Source of the DNA: Eledone cirrhosa
Taxonomy: Eukaryota
Assembly (NCBI GenBank): GCA_964016885.1
Contig: OZ024743.1
Span: 306,094,001-306,158,000 of the forward strand
Reading direction: 5' to 3'
DNA length: 64,000 nucleotides
Shown piece after piece: positions 15,001-30,000 of this stretch; position 1 is the first letter of the stretch, and each line of letters starts with the position of its first letter. Below the pieces are notes generated by a model. The model saw nothing but the letters and a program-made list of their open reading frames with translations. It made no database searches and was not told the origin of the DNA. The position numbers and the translations under genes are program-made.

Positions 15001-18000
15001 TAATGTGAGAATGTATGGTAGATCTACCACCTTACCATTGGTATTAAGGGTAGCTAATGGTAATGTGAGAATGTAGGTAGATCTCCCACTTTCCCATTGT
15101 ATTAAGGGTAGCTGATGGTAGTGTGATATGTATGGTAGATCTACCACCTTACCATTGGTATTAAGGGTAGCTAATGGTAATGTGAGAGTGTATGGTAGCT
15201 CTCCCACCTTACCATTGGTATTAAGGGTAGCTGATGGTAGTGTGATATGTATGGTAGGTCTACCACCTTACAATTGGTATTAAGGGTAGCTAATGGTAAT
15301 GTGAGAATGTATGGTAGATCTACCACCTTACCATTGGTATTAAGTTTATCTGATGCTAATGTGAGAATGTATGGTAGCTCTCCCACCTTACCATTGGTAT
15401 TAAGGGTAGCTGATGGTAGTGTGATATGTATGGTAGATCTACCACCTTACAATTGGTATTAAGGGTAGCTAATGGTAATGTGAGAATGTATGGTAGATCT
15501 ACCACCTTACCATTGGTATTAAGGTTAGCTGATGGTAATGTGAGAATGTATGGTAGATCTACCACCTTACCATTGGTATTAAAGGTAGCTGATGGTAGTG
15601 TGATATGTATGGTAGATCTACCACCTTACCATTGATATTAAGGGTAGCTAATGGTAATGTGAGAATGTATGGTAGATCTCCCACCTTACCATTGGTATTA
15701 ATGTTATCTGATGGTAATGTGAGAATGTATGGTACATCTACCACCTTACCATTGATATTAAAGGTAGCTGATGGTAATGTGATAATCTATGGTAGATCTA
15801 CAACCTTACCATTGGAATTAAAGGTAGCTGATGGTAATGTGAGAATGTATGGTAGATCTACCACCTTACCATTGGTATTAAAGGTAGCTGATGGTAATGT
15901 GAGAATGTATGGTAGATCTCCCACCTTACCATTGGTATTAAGGGTAGTTGATGGTAGTGTGATATGTATGGTAGATCTACCACCTTACCATTGGTATTAA
16001 GGGTAGCTGATGATAATGTGAGAATGTATGGTAGATCTCCCACCTTACCATTGGTATTAAGGGTAGTTGATGGTAGTGTGATATGTATGGTAGATCTACC
16101 AACTTACCATTGGTATTAAAGGTAGCTGATGGTAGTGTGATATGTATGGTAGAACTACCACCTTACCATTGATATTAAGATTAGCTGATGGTAATGTGAG
16201 AATGTATGGAAGATATGCCACCTTACCATTGGTATTAAGGGTAACTGATGGTAATGTGACAATGTATGGTAGATATGCCGCCTTACCATTGGTATTAAGG
16301 GTAGCGGATGGTAGTGTGATATGTATGGTAGATCCTCCACCTTATCATTGGTATTAAGGTTAGCTGATGGTAGTGTGATATGTATGGTAGATCTACCACC
16401 TTACCATTGGTATTAAGGCTAGCTGATGATAATGTGAGAATGTATGGTAGATCTCCCACCTTACCATTGCTATTAAGGGTAGCTGATGGTATTGTGAGAA
16501 CGTATGCTAGATCTACAACCTTACCATTGGTATTAAGGGTAGCTAATGGTAATGTGAGAATATATGGTAGATCGACCACCTTACTATTGGTATTCAGGTT
16601 AGCTGATGGTAGTGTGATATGTATGGTAGATCTACCACCTTACCATTGGTATTAAGGGTAGCTGATGGTAATGTGAGAATGTATGGTAGATCTACCACCT
16701 TACCATTGGTATTAAAGGTAGCTGATGGTAGTGTGATATGTATGGTAGATCTACCACCTTACCATTGGTATTAAGGGTAGCTGATTTTAATGTGAGAATG
16801 TATGGTAGATATGCCACCTTACCATTGGTATTAAGGGTAGCTGATTGTAATGTGAGAATGTATGGTAGATATGCCACCTTACCATTGGTATTAAGGGTAG
16901 TTGATGGTAGTGTGATATGTATGGTAGATCTACCATCTTACCATTGGTATTAAGGGTAGCTGATGATAATGTGAGAATGTATGGTAGATCTCCCACCTTA
17001 CCATTGGTATTAAGGGTAGTTGATGGTAGTGTGATATGTATGGTAGATCTACCAACTTACCATTGGTATTAAAGGTAGCTGATGGTAGTGTGATATGTAT
17101 GGTAGAACTACCACCTTACCATTGATATTAAGATTAGCTGATGGTAATGTGAGAATGTATGGAAGATATGCCACCTTACCATTGGTATTAAGGGTAACTG
17201 ATGGTAATGTGACAATGTATGGTAGATATGCCGCCTTACCATTGGTATTAAGGGTAGCGGATGGTAGTGTGATATGTATGGTAGATCCTCCACCTTATCA
17301 TTGGTATTAAGGTTAGCTGATGGTAGTGTGATATGTATGGTAGATCTACCACCTTACCATTGGTATTAAGGGTAGCTGATGGTAATGTGAGAATGTATGG
17401 TAGATCTACAACCTTACCATTGGTATTAAAGGTAGCTGATGGTAGTGTGATATGTATGGTAGATCTACCACCTTACCATTGGTATTAAGGGTAGCTGATT
17501 TTAATGTGAGAATGTATGGTAGATATGCCACCTTACCATTGGTATTAAGGGTAGCTGATGGTAGTGTGATATGTATGGTAGATCTACCACCTTATCATTG
17601 GTATTAAGGTTAGCTGATGGTAATGTGAGAATGTAAGGTAGATATGCCACCTTACCATTGGTATTAGGGGTAGCTGGTGGTAGTGTGATATGTATGTTAT
17701 ATCTACCACCTTACCATTGATATTAAGGTTAGCTAATGGTAATGTGAAAATGTATGGTAGCTCTCCCACCTTACCATTGGTATTAAGGGTAGCTGATGGT
17801 AGTGTGATATGTATGGTAGATCTACCACCTTACAATTGGTATTAAGCGTAGCTAATGGTGATGTGAGAATGTATGGTAGATCTACCACCTTACCATTGGT
17901 ATTAAGGTTAGCTGAAGGTAATGTGAGAATGTATGGTAGATCTCCCACCTTACCATTGGTATTAAGGGGAGTTGATGGTAGCATGATATGTATGGTAGAT

Positions 18001-21000
18001 CTACCACCTTACCATTGGTATTAAGGGTAGCTGATGATAATGTGAGAATGTATGGTAGATCTCCCACCTTATCATTGGTATTAAGGGTAGTTGATGGTAG
18101 TGTGATATGTATGGTAGATCTACCAACTTACCATTGGTATTAAGGGTAGCTAATGGTAATGTGAGAATGTATGGTAGATCTCCCACTTTACCATTGTATT
18201 AAGGGTAGCTGATGGTAGTGTGATATGTATCGTATATCTACCACCTTACCATTGGTATTAAGGGTAGCTAATGGTAATGTGAGAGTGTATGGTAGCTCTC
18301 CCACCTTACCATTGGTATTAAGGGTAGCTGATGGTAGTGTGATATGTATGGTAGATCTACCACCTTACAATTGGTATTAAGGGTAGCTAATGGTAATGTG
18401 AGAATGTATGGTAGATCTACCACCTTACCATTGGTATTAAGGTTAGCTGATGGTAATGTGAGAATGTATGGTAGATCTACCACTTTACCATTGGTGTTAA
18501 AGGTAGCTGATGGTAGTGTGATATGTATGATAGAAGTACCACCTTACCATTGGTATTAAAGGTAGCTGATGGTAATGTGAGAATGTATGGTACATCTACC
18601 ACCTTACCATTTGTATTAAAGGTAGCTGATGGTAATGTGATAATCTATGGTAGATCTACCACCTTACCATTGGTATTAAAGGTAGCTGATGGTAATGTGA
18701 GAATGTATGGTAGATCTACCACCTTACCATTGGTATTAAATGTAGCTGATGGTAATGTGAGAATGTATGGAAGATATGCCACCTTACCATTGGTATTAAA
18801 GATAGCTGATGATAATGTGAGCATGTATGGTAGATCTCCCACCTTACCATTGGTATTAAGGGTAGCTGATGATAATGTGAGAATGTATGGTAGATCTCCC
18901 ACCTTACCATTGGTATGAAGGGTAGCTGATGGTAGTGTGATATGTATGGCAGATCCTCCACCTTATCATTGGTATTAAGGTTAGCTGATGGTAGTGTGAT
19001 ATGTATGGTAGATCTACCACCTTACCATTGGTATTAAGGGTAGCTGGTGGTAATGTGAGAATGTATGGTAGATCTACCTCTTTACAATTGGTATTAAAGG
19101 TAGCTGATGGTAGTGTGATAATGTATGGTAGATCTCCCACCTTACCATTGGTATTAAGTGTAGCTGATGATAATGTGAGAATGTATGGTAGATCTCCCAC
19201 CTTACCATTGGTATTAAGGGTAGCTGATGGTAGTGTGAGAATGTATTCTAGATCTCCCACCTTACCATTGGTATTAAGGTTAGCTGATGGTAGTGTGAGA
19301 ATGTATGCTAGATCTACCACCTTACCATTGGTATTAAAGATAGCTGATGGTAGTGTGATATGTATGGTAGATCTACCACCTTACCATTGGTATTACGATT
19401 AGCTGATGGTAATGTGAGAATGTATGGTAGATATGCCACCTTACCATTGTTATTAAGGGTAGCTGATGGTAGTGTGATATGCATGGTAGATCTATCACCT
19501 TATCATTGGTATTAAGGTTAGCTGATGGTAATGTGACAATGTATGGTAGATCTACCACCTTACCATTGGTGTTAAGGGTAGCTAATGGTAATGTGAGAAT
19601 GTATGGAAGATATGCCACCTTACCATTGGTATTAAGGGTAGCTGATGGTAGTGTGATATGTATGGTACATCTACCACCTTACCATTGGTATTAAGGGTAG
19701 CTAATGGTAATGTGAAAATGTATGGTAGCTCTCCCAACTTACCATTGGTATTAAGGGTAGCTGATGGTAGTGTGATATGTATGGTAGATCTACCACTTTA
19801 CAATTGGTATTAAGGGTAGCTAATGGTGATGTGAGAATGTATGGTAGATCTACCACCTTACCATTGGTATTAAGGTTAGCTGATATTAATGTGAGAATGT
19901 ATGGTAGATCTCCCACCTTACCATTGGTATTAAGGGTAGTTGTTGGTAGTGTGATATGTATGGTAGATCTACCACCTTACCATTGGTATTAAAAGTAGCT
20001 GATTGTAATGTGAGAATGTATGGTAGATCTCCCACCTTACCATTGGTATTAAGGGTAGTTGATGGTAGTGTGATATATATGGTAGATCTACCAACTTACC
20101 ATTGGTATTAAGATTAGCTGATGGTAATGTGAGAATGTATGGAAGATCTCCCACCTTACCATTGGTATTAAGGGTAGTTTATGGTAGTGTGATATATATG
20201 GTAGCTCTCCCAACTTACCATTGGTATTACGGGTAGCTGATGGTAATGTGACAATATATGGTAGATATGCCACCTTACCATTGGTATTAAGGGTAGCGGA
20301 TGGTAGTGTGATATGTATGGCAGATCCTCCACCTTATCATTGGTATGACGGTTAGCTGATGGTAGTGTGATATGTATGGTAGATCTACCACCTTACCATT
20401 GGTATTAAGGGTAGCTGATGGTAATGTGAGAATGTATGGTAGATCTACCTCCTTACAATTGGTATTAAAGTTAGCTGATGATAGTGTGAGAATGTATGGT
20501 AGATCTCCCACCTTACCATTGGTATTAAGGGAAGCTGATGGTAGTGTGATATGTATGGTATACCTACCACCTTACCATTGGTATTAAAGGTAGCTGATTG
20601 TATTGTGAGAATGTATGGTAGATCTACCACCTTACCATTGGTATTAAAGATAGCTGATGGTAATGTGAGAATGTATGGTAGATCTACCACCTTACCATTG
20701 GTATTAAGGGTAGCTGATGGTAATGTGAGAATGTATGGAAGATATGCCACCTTACCATTGGTATTAAGGGTTGCTGATGGTAGTGTTATATGCATGGTAG
20801 ATCTCCCACCTTACCATTGGTATTAAGGATAGTTGATGGTAGTGTGATATGTATGGTAGATCTACCACCTTACCATTGGTAATAAGGGTAGCTGATGATA
20901 ATGTGAGAATGTATGGTAGATCTCCCACCTTACCATTGGTATTAAGGGTAGTTGATGGTAGTGTGATATGTATGGTAGATCTACCAACTTACAATTGGTA

Positions 21001-24000
21001 TTAATGGTAGCTGATGGTAGTGTGATATGTATGGTAGAACTACCACCTTACCATTGATATTAAGATTAGCTGATGGTAATGTGAGAATGTATGGAAGATA
21101 TGCCACCTTACCATTGGTATTAAGGGTAACTGATGGTAATGTGACAATGTATGCTAGATATGCCGCCTTACCATTGGTATTAAGGGTATCGGATGGTAGT
21201 GTGATATGTATGGTAGATCCTCCACCTTATCATTGGTATTAAGGTTAGCTGATGGTAGTGTGATATGTATGGTAGATCTACAACCTTACCATTGGTATTA
21301 AGGCTAGCTGATGATAATGTGAGAATGTATGGTAGATCTCCCACCTTACCATTGCTATTAAGGGTATCTGATGGTATTGTGAGAATGTATGCTAGATCTA
21401 CAACCTTACCATTGGTATTAAGATTAGCTGATGGTAATGTGAGAATGTATGGTAGATATGCCACCTTACCATTGGTTTTAAGGGTAGCTGATGGTAGTGT
21501 GATATGTATGGTAGATCTACCACCTTATCATTGGTATTAAGGTTAGCTGATGGTAATGTGAGAATGTATGGTAGATCTACCACCTTACCATTGGTATTAA
21601 GGGTAGCTAATGGTAATGTGAGAATGTATGGTAGATCTCCCACTTTCCCATTGTATTAAGGGTAGCTGATGGTAGTGTGATATGTATAGTAGATCTACCA
21701 CCTTACCATTGGTATTAAGGTTAGCTGATGGTAATGTGTGAATGTATGGTAGATCTACCACCTTACCATTGGTATTAAGGGTAGCTAATGGTAATGTGAG
21801 AATGTATGGTAGATCTCCCACTTTCCCATTGTATTAAGGGTAGCTGATGGTAGTGTGATATGTATGGTAGATCTACCACCTTACCATTGGTATTAAGGGT
21901 TACTAATGGTAATGTGAGAGTGTATGGTAGCTCTCCCACCTTACCATTGGTATTAAGGGTAGCTGATGGTAGTGTGATATGTATGGTAGATCTACCACCT
22001 TACAATTGGTATTAAGGGTAGCTAATGGTAATGTGAGAATGTATGGTAGATCTACCACCTTACCATTGGTATTAAGGTTAGCTCATGGTAATGTGAGAAT
22101 GTATGGTAGCTCTCCCACCTTACCATTGGTATTAAGGGTAGCTGATGGTAGTGTGATATGTATGGTAGATCTACCACCTTACAATTGGTATTAAGGGTAG
22201 CTAATGATAATGTGAGAATGTATGGTAGATCTACCACCTTACCATTGGTATTAAGGTTAGCTGATGGTAATGTGAGAATGTATGGTAGATCTACCACCTT
22301 ACCATTGGTATTAAAGGTAGCTGATGGTAGTGTGATATGTATCGTAGATCTACCACCTTACCATTGATATTAAGGGTAGCTAATGGTAATGTGAGAATGT
22401 ATGGTAGATCTCCCACCTTACCATTGGTATTAAGGTTAGCTGATGGTAATGTGAGAATGTATGGTACATCTACCACCTTACCATTGATATTAAAGGTAGC
22501 TGATGGTAATGTGATAATCTATGGTAGATCTACCACCTTACCATTGGAATTAAAGGTAGCTGATGGTAATGTGAGAATGTATGGTAGATCTACCACCTTA
22601 CCATTGGTATTAAAGGTAGCTGATGGTAATGTGAGAATGTATGGTAGATCTCCCACCTTACCATTGGTATTAAGGGTAGTTGATGGTAGTGTGATATGTA
22701 TGGTAGATCTACCACCTTACCATTGGTATTAAGGGTAGCTGATGATAATGTGAGAATGTATGGTAGATCTCCCACCTTACCATTGGTATTAAGGGTAGTT
22801 GATGGTAGTGTGATATGTATGGTAGATCTACCAACTTACCATTGGTATTAAAGGTAGCTGATGGTAGTGTGATATGTATGGTAGAACTACCACCTTACCA
22901 TTGATATTAAGATTAGCTGATGGTAATGTGAGAATGTATGGAAGATATGCCACCTTACCATTGGTATTAAGGGTAACTGATGGTAATGTGACAATGTATG
23001 GTAGATATGCCGCCTTACCATTGGTATTAAGGGTAGCGGATGGTAGTGTGATATGTATGGTAGATCCTCCACCTTATCATTGGTATTAAGGTTAGCTGAT
23101 GGTAGTGTGATATGTATGGTAGATCTACCACCTTACCATTGGTATTAAGGGTATCTGATGGTAATGTGAGAATGTATGGTAGATCTACCACCTTACCATT
23201 GGTATTAAAGGTAGCTGATGGTAGTGTGATATGTATGGTAGATCTACCACCTTACCATTGGTATTAAGGGTAGCTGATTTTAATGTGAGAATGTATGGTA
23301 GATATGCCACCTTACCATTGGTATTAAGGGTAGCTGATTGTAATGTGAGAATGTATGGTAGATATGCCACCTTACCATTGGTATTAAGGGTAGCTGATGG
23401 TAGTGTGATATGTATGGTAGATCTACCACCTTATCATTGGTATTAAGGTTAGCTGATGGTAATGTGAGAATGTATGGTAGATCTACCACCTTACCATTGG
23501 TATTAAGGGTAGCTAATGGTAATGTGAGAATGTAGGTAGATCTCCCACTTTCCCATTGTATTAAGGGTAGCTGATGGTAGTGTGATATGTATGGTAGATC
23601 TACCACCTTACCATTGGTATTAAGGGTAGCTAATGGTAATGTGAGAGTGTATGGTAGCTCTCCCACCTTACCATTGGTATTAAGGGTAGCTGATGGTAGT
23701 GTGATATGTATGGTAGGTCTACCACCTTACAATTGGTATTAAGGGTAGCTAATGGTAATGTGAGAATGTATGGTAGATCTACCACCTTACCATTGGTATT
23801 AAGTTTATCTGATGCTAATGTGAGAATGTATGGTAGCTCTCCCACCTTACCATTGGTATTAAGGGTAGCTGATGGTAGTGTGATATGTATGGTAGATCTA
23901 CCACCTTACAATTGGTATTAAGGGTAGCTAATGGTAATGTGAGAATGTATGGTAGATCTACCACCTTACCATTGGTATTAAGGTTAGCTGATGGTAATGT

Positions 24001-27000
24001 GAGAATGTATGGTAGATCTACCACCTTACCATTGGTATTAAAGGTAGCTGATGGTAGTGTGATATGTATGGTAGATCTACCACCTTACCATTGATATTAA
24101 GGGTAGCTAATGGTAATGTGAGAATGTATGGTAGATCTCCCACCTTACCATTGGTATTAATGTTATCTGATGGTAATGTGAGAATGTATGGTACATCTAC
24201 CACCTTACCATTGATATTAAAGGTAGCTGATGGTAATGTGATAATCTATGGTAGATCTACAACCTTACCATTGGAATTAAAGGTAGCTGATGGTAATGTG
24301 AGAATGTATGGTAGATCTACCACCTTACCATTGGTATTAAAGGTAGCTGATGGTAATGTGAGAATGTATGGTAGATCTCCCACCTTACCATTGGTATTAA
24401 GGGTAGTTGATGGTAGTGTGATATGTATGGTAGATCTACCACCTTACCATTGGTATTAAGGGTAGCTGATGATAATGTGAGAATGTATGGTAGATCTCCC
24501 ACCTTACCATTGGTATTAAGGGTAGTTGATGGTAGTGTGATATGTATGGTAGATCTACCAACTTACCATTGGTATTAAAGGTAGCTGATGGTAGTGTGAT
24601 ATGTATGGTAGAACTACCACCTTACCATTGATATTAAGATTAGCTGATGGTAATGTGAGAATGTATGGAAGATATGCCACCTTACCATTGGTATTAAGGG
24701 TAACTGATGGTAATGTGACAATGTATGGTAGATATGCCGCCTTACCATTGGTATTAAGGGTAGCGGATGGTAGTGTGATATGTATGGTAGATCCTCCACC
24801 TTATCATTGGTATTAAGGTTAGCTGATGGTAGTGTGATATGTATGGTAGATCTACCACCTTACCATTGGTATTAAGGCTAGCTGATGATAATGTGAGAAT
24901 GTATGGTAGATCTCCCACCTTACCATTGCTATTAAGGGTAGCTGATGGTATTGTGAGAACGTATGCTAGATCTACAACCTTACCATTGGTATTAAGGGTA
25001 GCTAATGGTAATGTGAGAATATATGGTAGATCGACCACCTTACTATTGGTATTCAGGTTAGCTGATGGTAGTGTGATATGTATGGTAGATCTACCACCTT
25101 ACCATTGGTATTAAGGGTAGCTGATGGTAATGTGAGAATGTATGGTAGATCTACCACCTTACCATTGGTATTAAAGGTAGCTGATGGTAGTGTGATATGT
25201 ATGGTAGATCTACCACCTTACCATTGGTATTAAGGGTAGCTGATTTTAATGTGAGAATGTATGGTAGATATGCCACCTTACCATTGGTATTAAGGGTAGC
25301 TGATTGTAATGTGAGAATGTATGGTAGATATGCCACCTTACCATTGGTATTAAGGGTAGTTGATGGTAGTGTGATATGTATGGTAGATCTACCATCTTAC
25401 CATTGGTATTAAGGGTAGCTGATGATAATGTGAGAATGTATGGTAGATCTCCCACCTTACCATTGGTATTAAGGGTAGTTGATGGTAGTGTGATATGTAT
25501 GGTAGATCTACCAACTTACCATTGGTATTAAAGGTAGCTGATGGTAGTGTGATATGTATGGTAGAACTACCACCTTACCATTGATATTAAGATTAGCTGA
25601 TGGTAATGTGAGAATGTATGGAAGATATGCCACCTTACCATTGGTATTAAGGGTAACTGATGGTAATGTGACAATGTATGGTAGATATGCCGCCTTACCA
25701 TTGGTATTAAGGGTAGCGGATGGTAGTGTGATATGTATGGTAGATCCTCCACCTTATCATTGGTATTAAGGTTAGCTGATGGTAGTGTGATATGTATGGT
25801 AGATCTACCACCTTACCATTGGTATTAAGGGTAGCTGATGGTAATGTGAGAATGTATGGTAGATCTACAACCTTACCATTGGTATTAAAGGTAGCTGATG
25901 GTAGTGTGATATGTATGGTAGATCTACCACCTTACCATTGGTATTAAGGGTAGCTGATTTTAATGTGAGAATGTATGGTAGATATGCCACCTTACCATTG
26001 GTATTAAGGGTAGCTGATGGTAGTGTGATATGTATGGTAGATCTACCACCTTATCATTGGTATTAAGGTTAGCTGATGGTAATGTGAGAATGTATGGTAG
26101 ATCTACCACCTTACCATTGGTATTAAGGGTAGCTAATGGTAATGTGAGAATGTAGGTAGATCTCCCACTTTCCCATTGTATTAAGGGTAGCTGATGGTAG
26201 TGTGATATGTATGGTAGATCTACCACCTTACCATTGGTATTAAGGGTAGCTAATTGTAATGTGAGAGTGTATGGTAGCTCTCCCACCTTACCATTGGTAT
26301 TAAGGGTAGCTGATGGTAGTGTGATATGTATGGTAGGTCTACCACCTTACAATTGGTATTAAGGGTAGCTAATGGTAATGTGAGAATGTATGGTAGATCT
26401 ACCACCTTACCATTCGTATTAAGTTTATCTGATGCTAATGTGAGAATGTATGGTAGCTCTCCCACCTTACCATTGGTATTAAGGGTAGCTGATGGTAGTG
26501 TGATATGTATGGTAGATCTACCACCTTACAATTGGTATTAAGGGTAGCTAATGGTAATGTGAGAATGTATGCTAGATCTACCACCTTACCATTGGTATTA
26601 AGGTTAGCTGATGGTAATGTGAGAATGTATGGTAGATCTACCACCTTACCATTGGTATTAAAGGTAGCTGATGGTAGTGTGATATGTATGGTAGATCTAC
26701 CACCTTACCATTGATATTAAGGGTAGCTAATGGTAATGTGAGAATGTATGGTAGATCTCCCACCTTACCATTGGTATTAAGGTTAGCTGATGGTAATGTG
26801 AGAATGTATGGTACATCTACCACCTTACCATTGATATTAAAGGTAGCTGATGGTAATGTGATAATCTATGGTAGATCTACAACCTTACCATTGGAATTAA
26901 AGGTAGCTGATGGTAATGTGAGAATGTATGGTAGATCTACCACCTTACCATTGGTATTAAAGGTAGCTGATGGTAATGTGAGAATGTATGGTAGATCTCC

Positions 27001-30000
27001 CACCTTACCATTGGTATTAAGGGTAGTTGATGGTAGTGTGATATGTATGGTAGATCTACCACCTTACCATTGGTATTAAGGGTAGCTGATGATAATGTGA
27101 GAATGTATGGTAGATCTCCCACCTTACCATTGGTATTAAGGGTAGTTGATGGTAGTGTGATATGTATGGTAGATCTACCAACTTACCATTGGTATTAAAG
27201 GTAGCTGATGGTAGTGTGATATGTATGGTAGAACTACCACCTTACCATTGATATTAAGATTAGCTGATGGTAATGTGAGAATGTATGGAAGATATGCCAC
27301 CTTACCATTGGTATTAAGGGTAACTGATGGTAATGTGACAATGTATGGTAGATATGCCGCCTTACCATTGGTATTAAGGGTAGCGGATGGTAGTGTGATA
27401 TGTATGGTAGATCCTCCACCTTATCATTGGTATTAAGGTTAGCTGATGGTAGTGTGATATGTATGGTAGATCTACCACCTTACCATTGGTATTAAGGGTA
27501 GCTGATTTTAATGTGAGAATGTATGGTAGATATGCCACCTTACCATTGGTATTAAGGGTAGCTGATTGTAATGTGAGAATGTATGGTAGATATGCCACCT
27601 TACCATTGGTATTAAGGGTAGCTGATGGTAGTGTGATATGTATGGTAGATCTACCACCTTATCATTGGTATTAAGGTTAGCTGATGGTAATGTGAGAATG
27701 TATGGTAGATCTACCACCTTACCATTGGTATTAAGGGTAGCTAATGGTAATGTGAGAATGTAGGTAGATCTTCCACTTTCCCATTGTATTAAGGGTAGCT
27801 GATGGTAGTGTGATATGTATGGTAGATCTACCACCTTACCATTGGTATTAAGGTTAGCTGATGGTAATGTGAGAATGTATGGTAGATCTACCACCTTACC
27901 ATTGGTATTAAGGGTAGCTAATGGTAATGTGAGAATGTATGGTAGATCTCCCACTTTCCCATTGTATTAAGGGTAGCTGATGGTAGTGTGATATGTATGG
28001 TAGATCTACCACCTTACCATTGGTATTAAGGGTAGCTAATGGTAATGTGAGAGTGTATGGTAGCTCTCCCACCTTACCATTGGTATTAAGGGTAGCTGAT
28101 GGTAGTGTGATATGTATGGTAGATCTACCACCTTACAATTGGTATTAAGGGTAGCTAATGGTAATGTGAGAATGTATGGTAGATCTACCACCTTACCATT
28201 GGTATTAAGTTTAGCTGATGCTAATGTGAGAATGTATGGTAGCTCTCCCACCTTACCATTGGTATTAAGGGTAGCTGATGGTAGTGTGATATGTATGGTA
28301 GATCTACCACCTTACAATTGGTATTAAGGGTAGCTAATGGTAATGTGAGAATGTATGGTAGATCTACCACCTTACCATTGGTATTAAGGTTAGCTGATGG
28401 TAATGTGAGAATGTATGGTAGATCTACCACCTTACCATTGGTATTAAAGGTAGCTGATGGTAGTGTGATATGTATGGTAGATCTACCACCTTACCATTGA
28501 TATTAAGGGTAGCTAATGGTAATGTGAGAATGTATGGTAGATCTCCCACCTTACCATTGGTATTAAGGTTAGCTGATGGTAATGTGAGAATGTATGGTAC
28601 ATCGACCACCTTACCATTGATATTAAAGGTAGCTGATGGTAATGTGATAATCTATGGTAGATCTACCACCTTACCATTGGAATTAAAGGTAGCTGATGGT
28701 AATGTGAGAATGTATGGTAGATCTACCACCTTACCATTGGTATTAAAGTTAGCTGATGGTAATGTGAGAATGTATGGTAGATCTCCCACCTTACCATTGG
28801 TATTAAGGGTAGTTGATGGTAGTGTGATATGTATGGTAGATCTACCACCTTACCATTGGTATTAAGGGTAGCTGATGATAATGTGAGAATGTATGGTAGA
28901 TCTCCCACCTTACCATTGGTATTAAGGGTAGTTGATGGTAGTGTGATATGTATGGTAGATCTACCAACTTACCATTGGTATTAAAGGTAGCTGATGGTAG
29001 TGTGATATGTATGGTAGAACTACCACCTTACCATTGATATTAAGATTAGCTGATGGTAATGTGAGAATGTATGGAAGATATGCCACCTTACCATTGGTAA
29101 TAAGGCTAGCTGATGATAATGTGAGAATGTATGGTAGATCTCCCACCTTACCATTGCTATTAAGGGTAGCTGATGGTATTGTGAGAACGTATGCTAGATC
29201 TACAACCTTACCATTGGTATTAAGGGTAGCTAATGGTAATGTGAGAATATATGGTAGATCGACCACCTTACTATTGGTATTCAGGTTAGCTGATGGTAGT
29301 GTGATATGTATGGTAGATCTACCACCTTACCATTGGTATTAAGGGTAGCTGATGGTAATGTGAGAATGTATGGTAGATCTACCACCTTACCATTGGTATT
29401 AAAGGTAGCTGATGGTAGTGTGATATGTATGGTAGATCTACCACCTTACCATTGGTATTAAGGGTAGCTGATTTTAATGTGAGAATGTATGGTAGATATG
29501 CCACCTTACCATTGGTATTAAGGGTAGCTGATTGTAATGTGAGAATGTATGGTAGATATGCCACCTTACCATTGGTATTAAGGGTAGTTGATGGTAGTGT
29601 GATATGTATGGTAGATCTACCACCTTACCATTGGTATTAAGGGTAGCTGATGATAATGTGAGAATGTATGGTAGATCTCCCACCTTACCATTGGTATTAA
29701 GGGTAGCTGATGGTAGTGTGATATGTATGGTAGATCTACCACCTTACAATTGGTATTAAGGGTAGCTAATGGTAATGTGAGAATGTATGGTAGATCTACC
29801 ACCTTACCATTGGTATTAAAGGTAGCTGATGGTAGTGTGATATGTATGGTAGATCTACCACCTTACCATTGGTATTAAGGGTAGCTGATTTTAATGTGAG
29901 AATGTATGGTAGATATGCCACCTTACCATTGGTATTAAGGGTAGCTGATTGTAATGTGAGAATGTATGGTAGATATGCCACCTTACCATTGGTATTAAGG

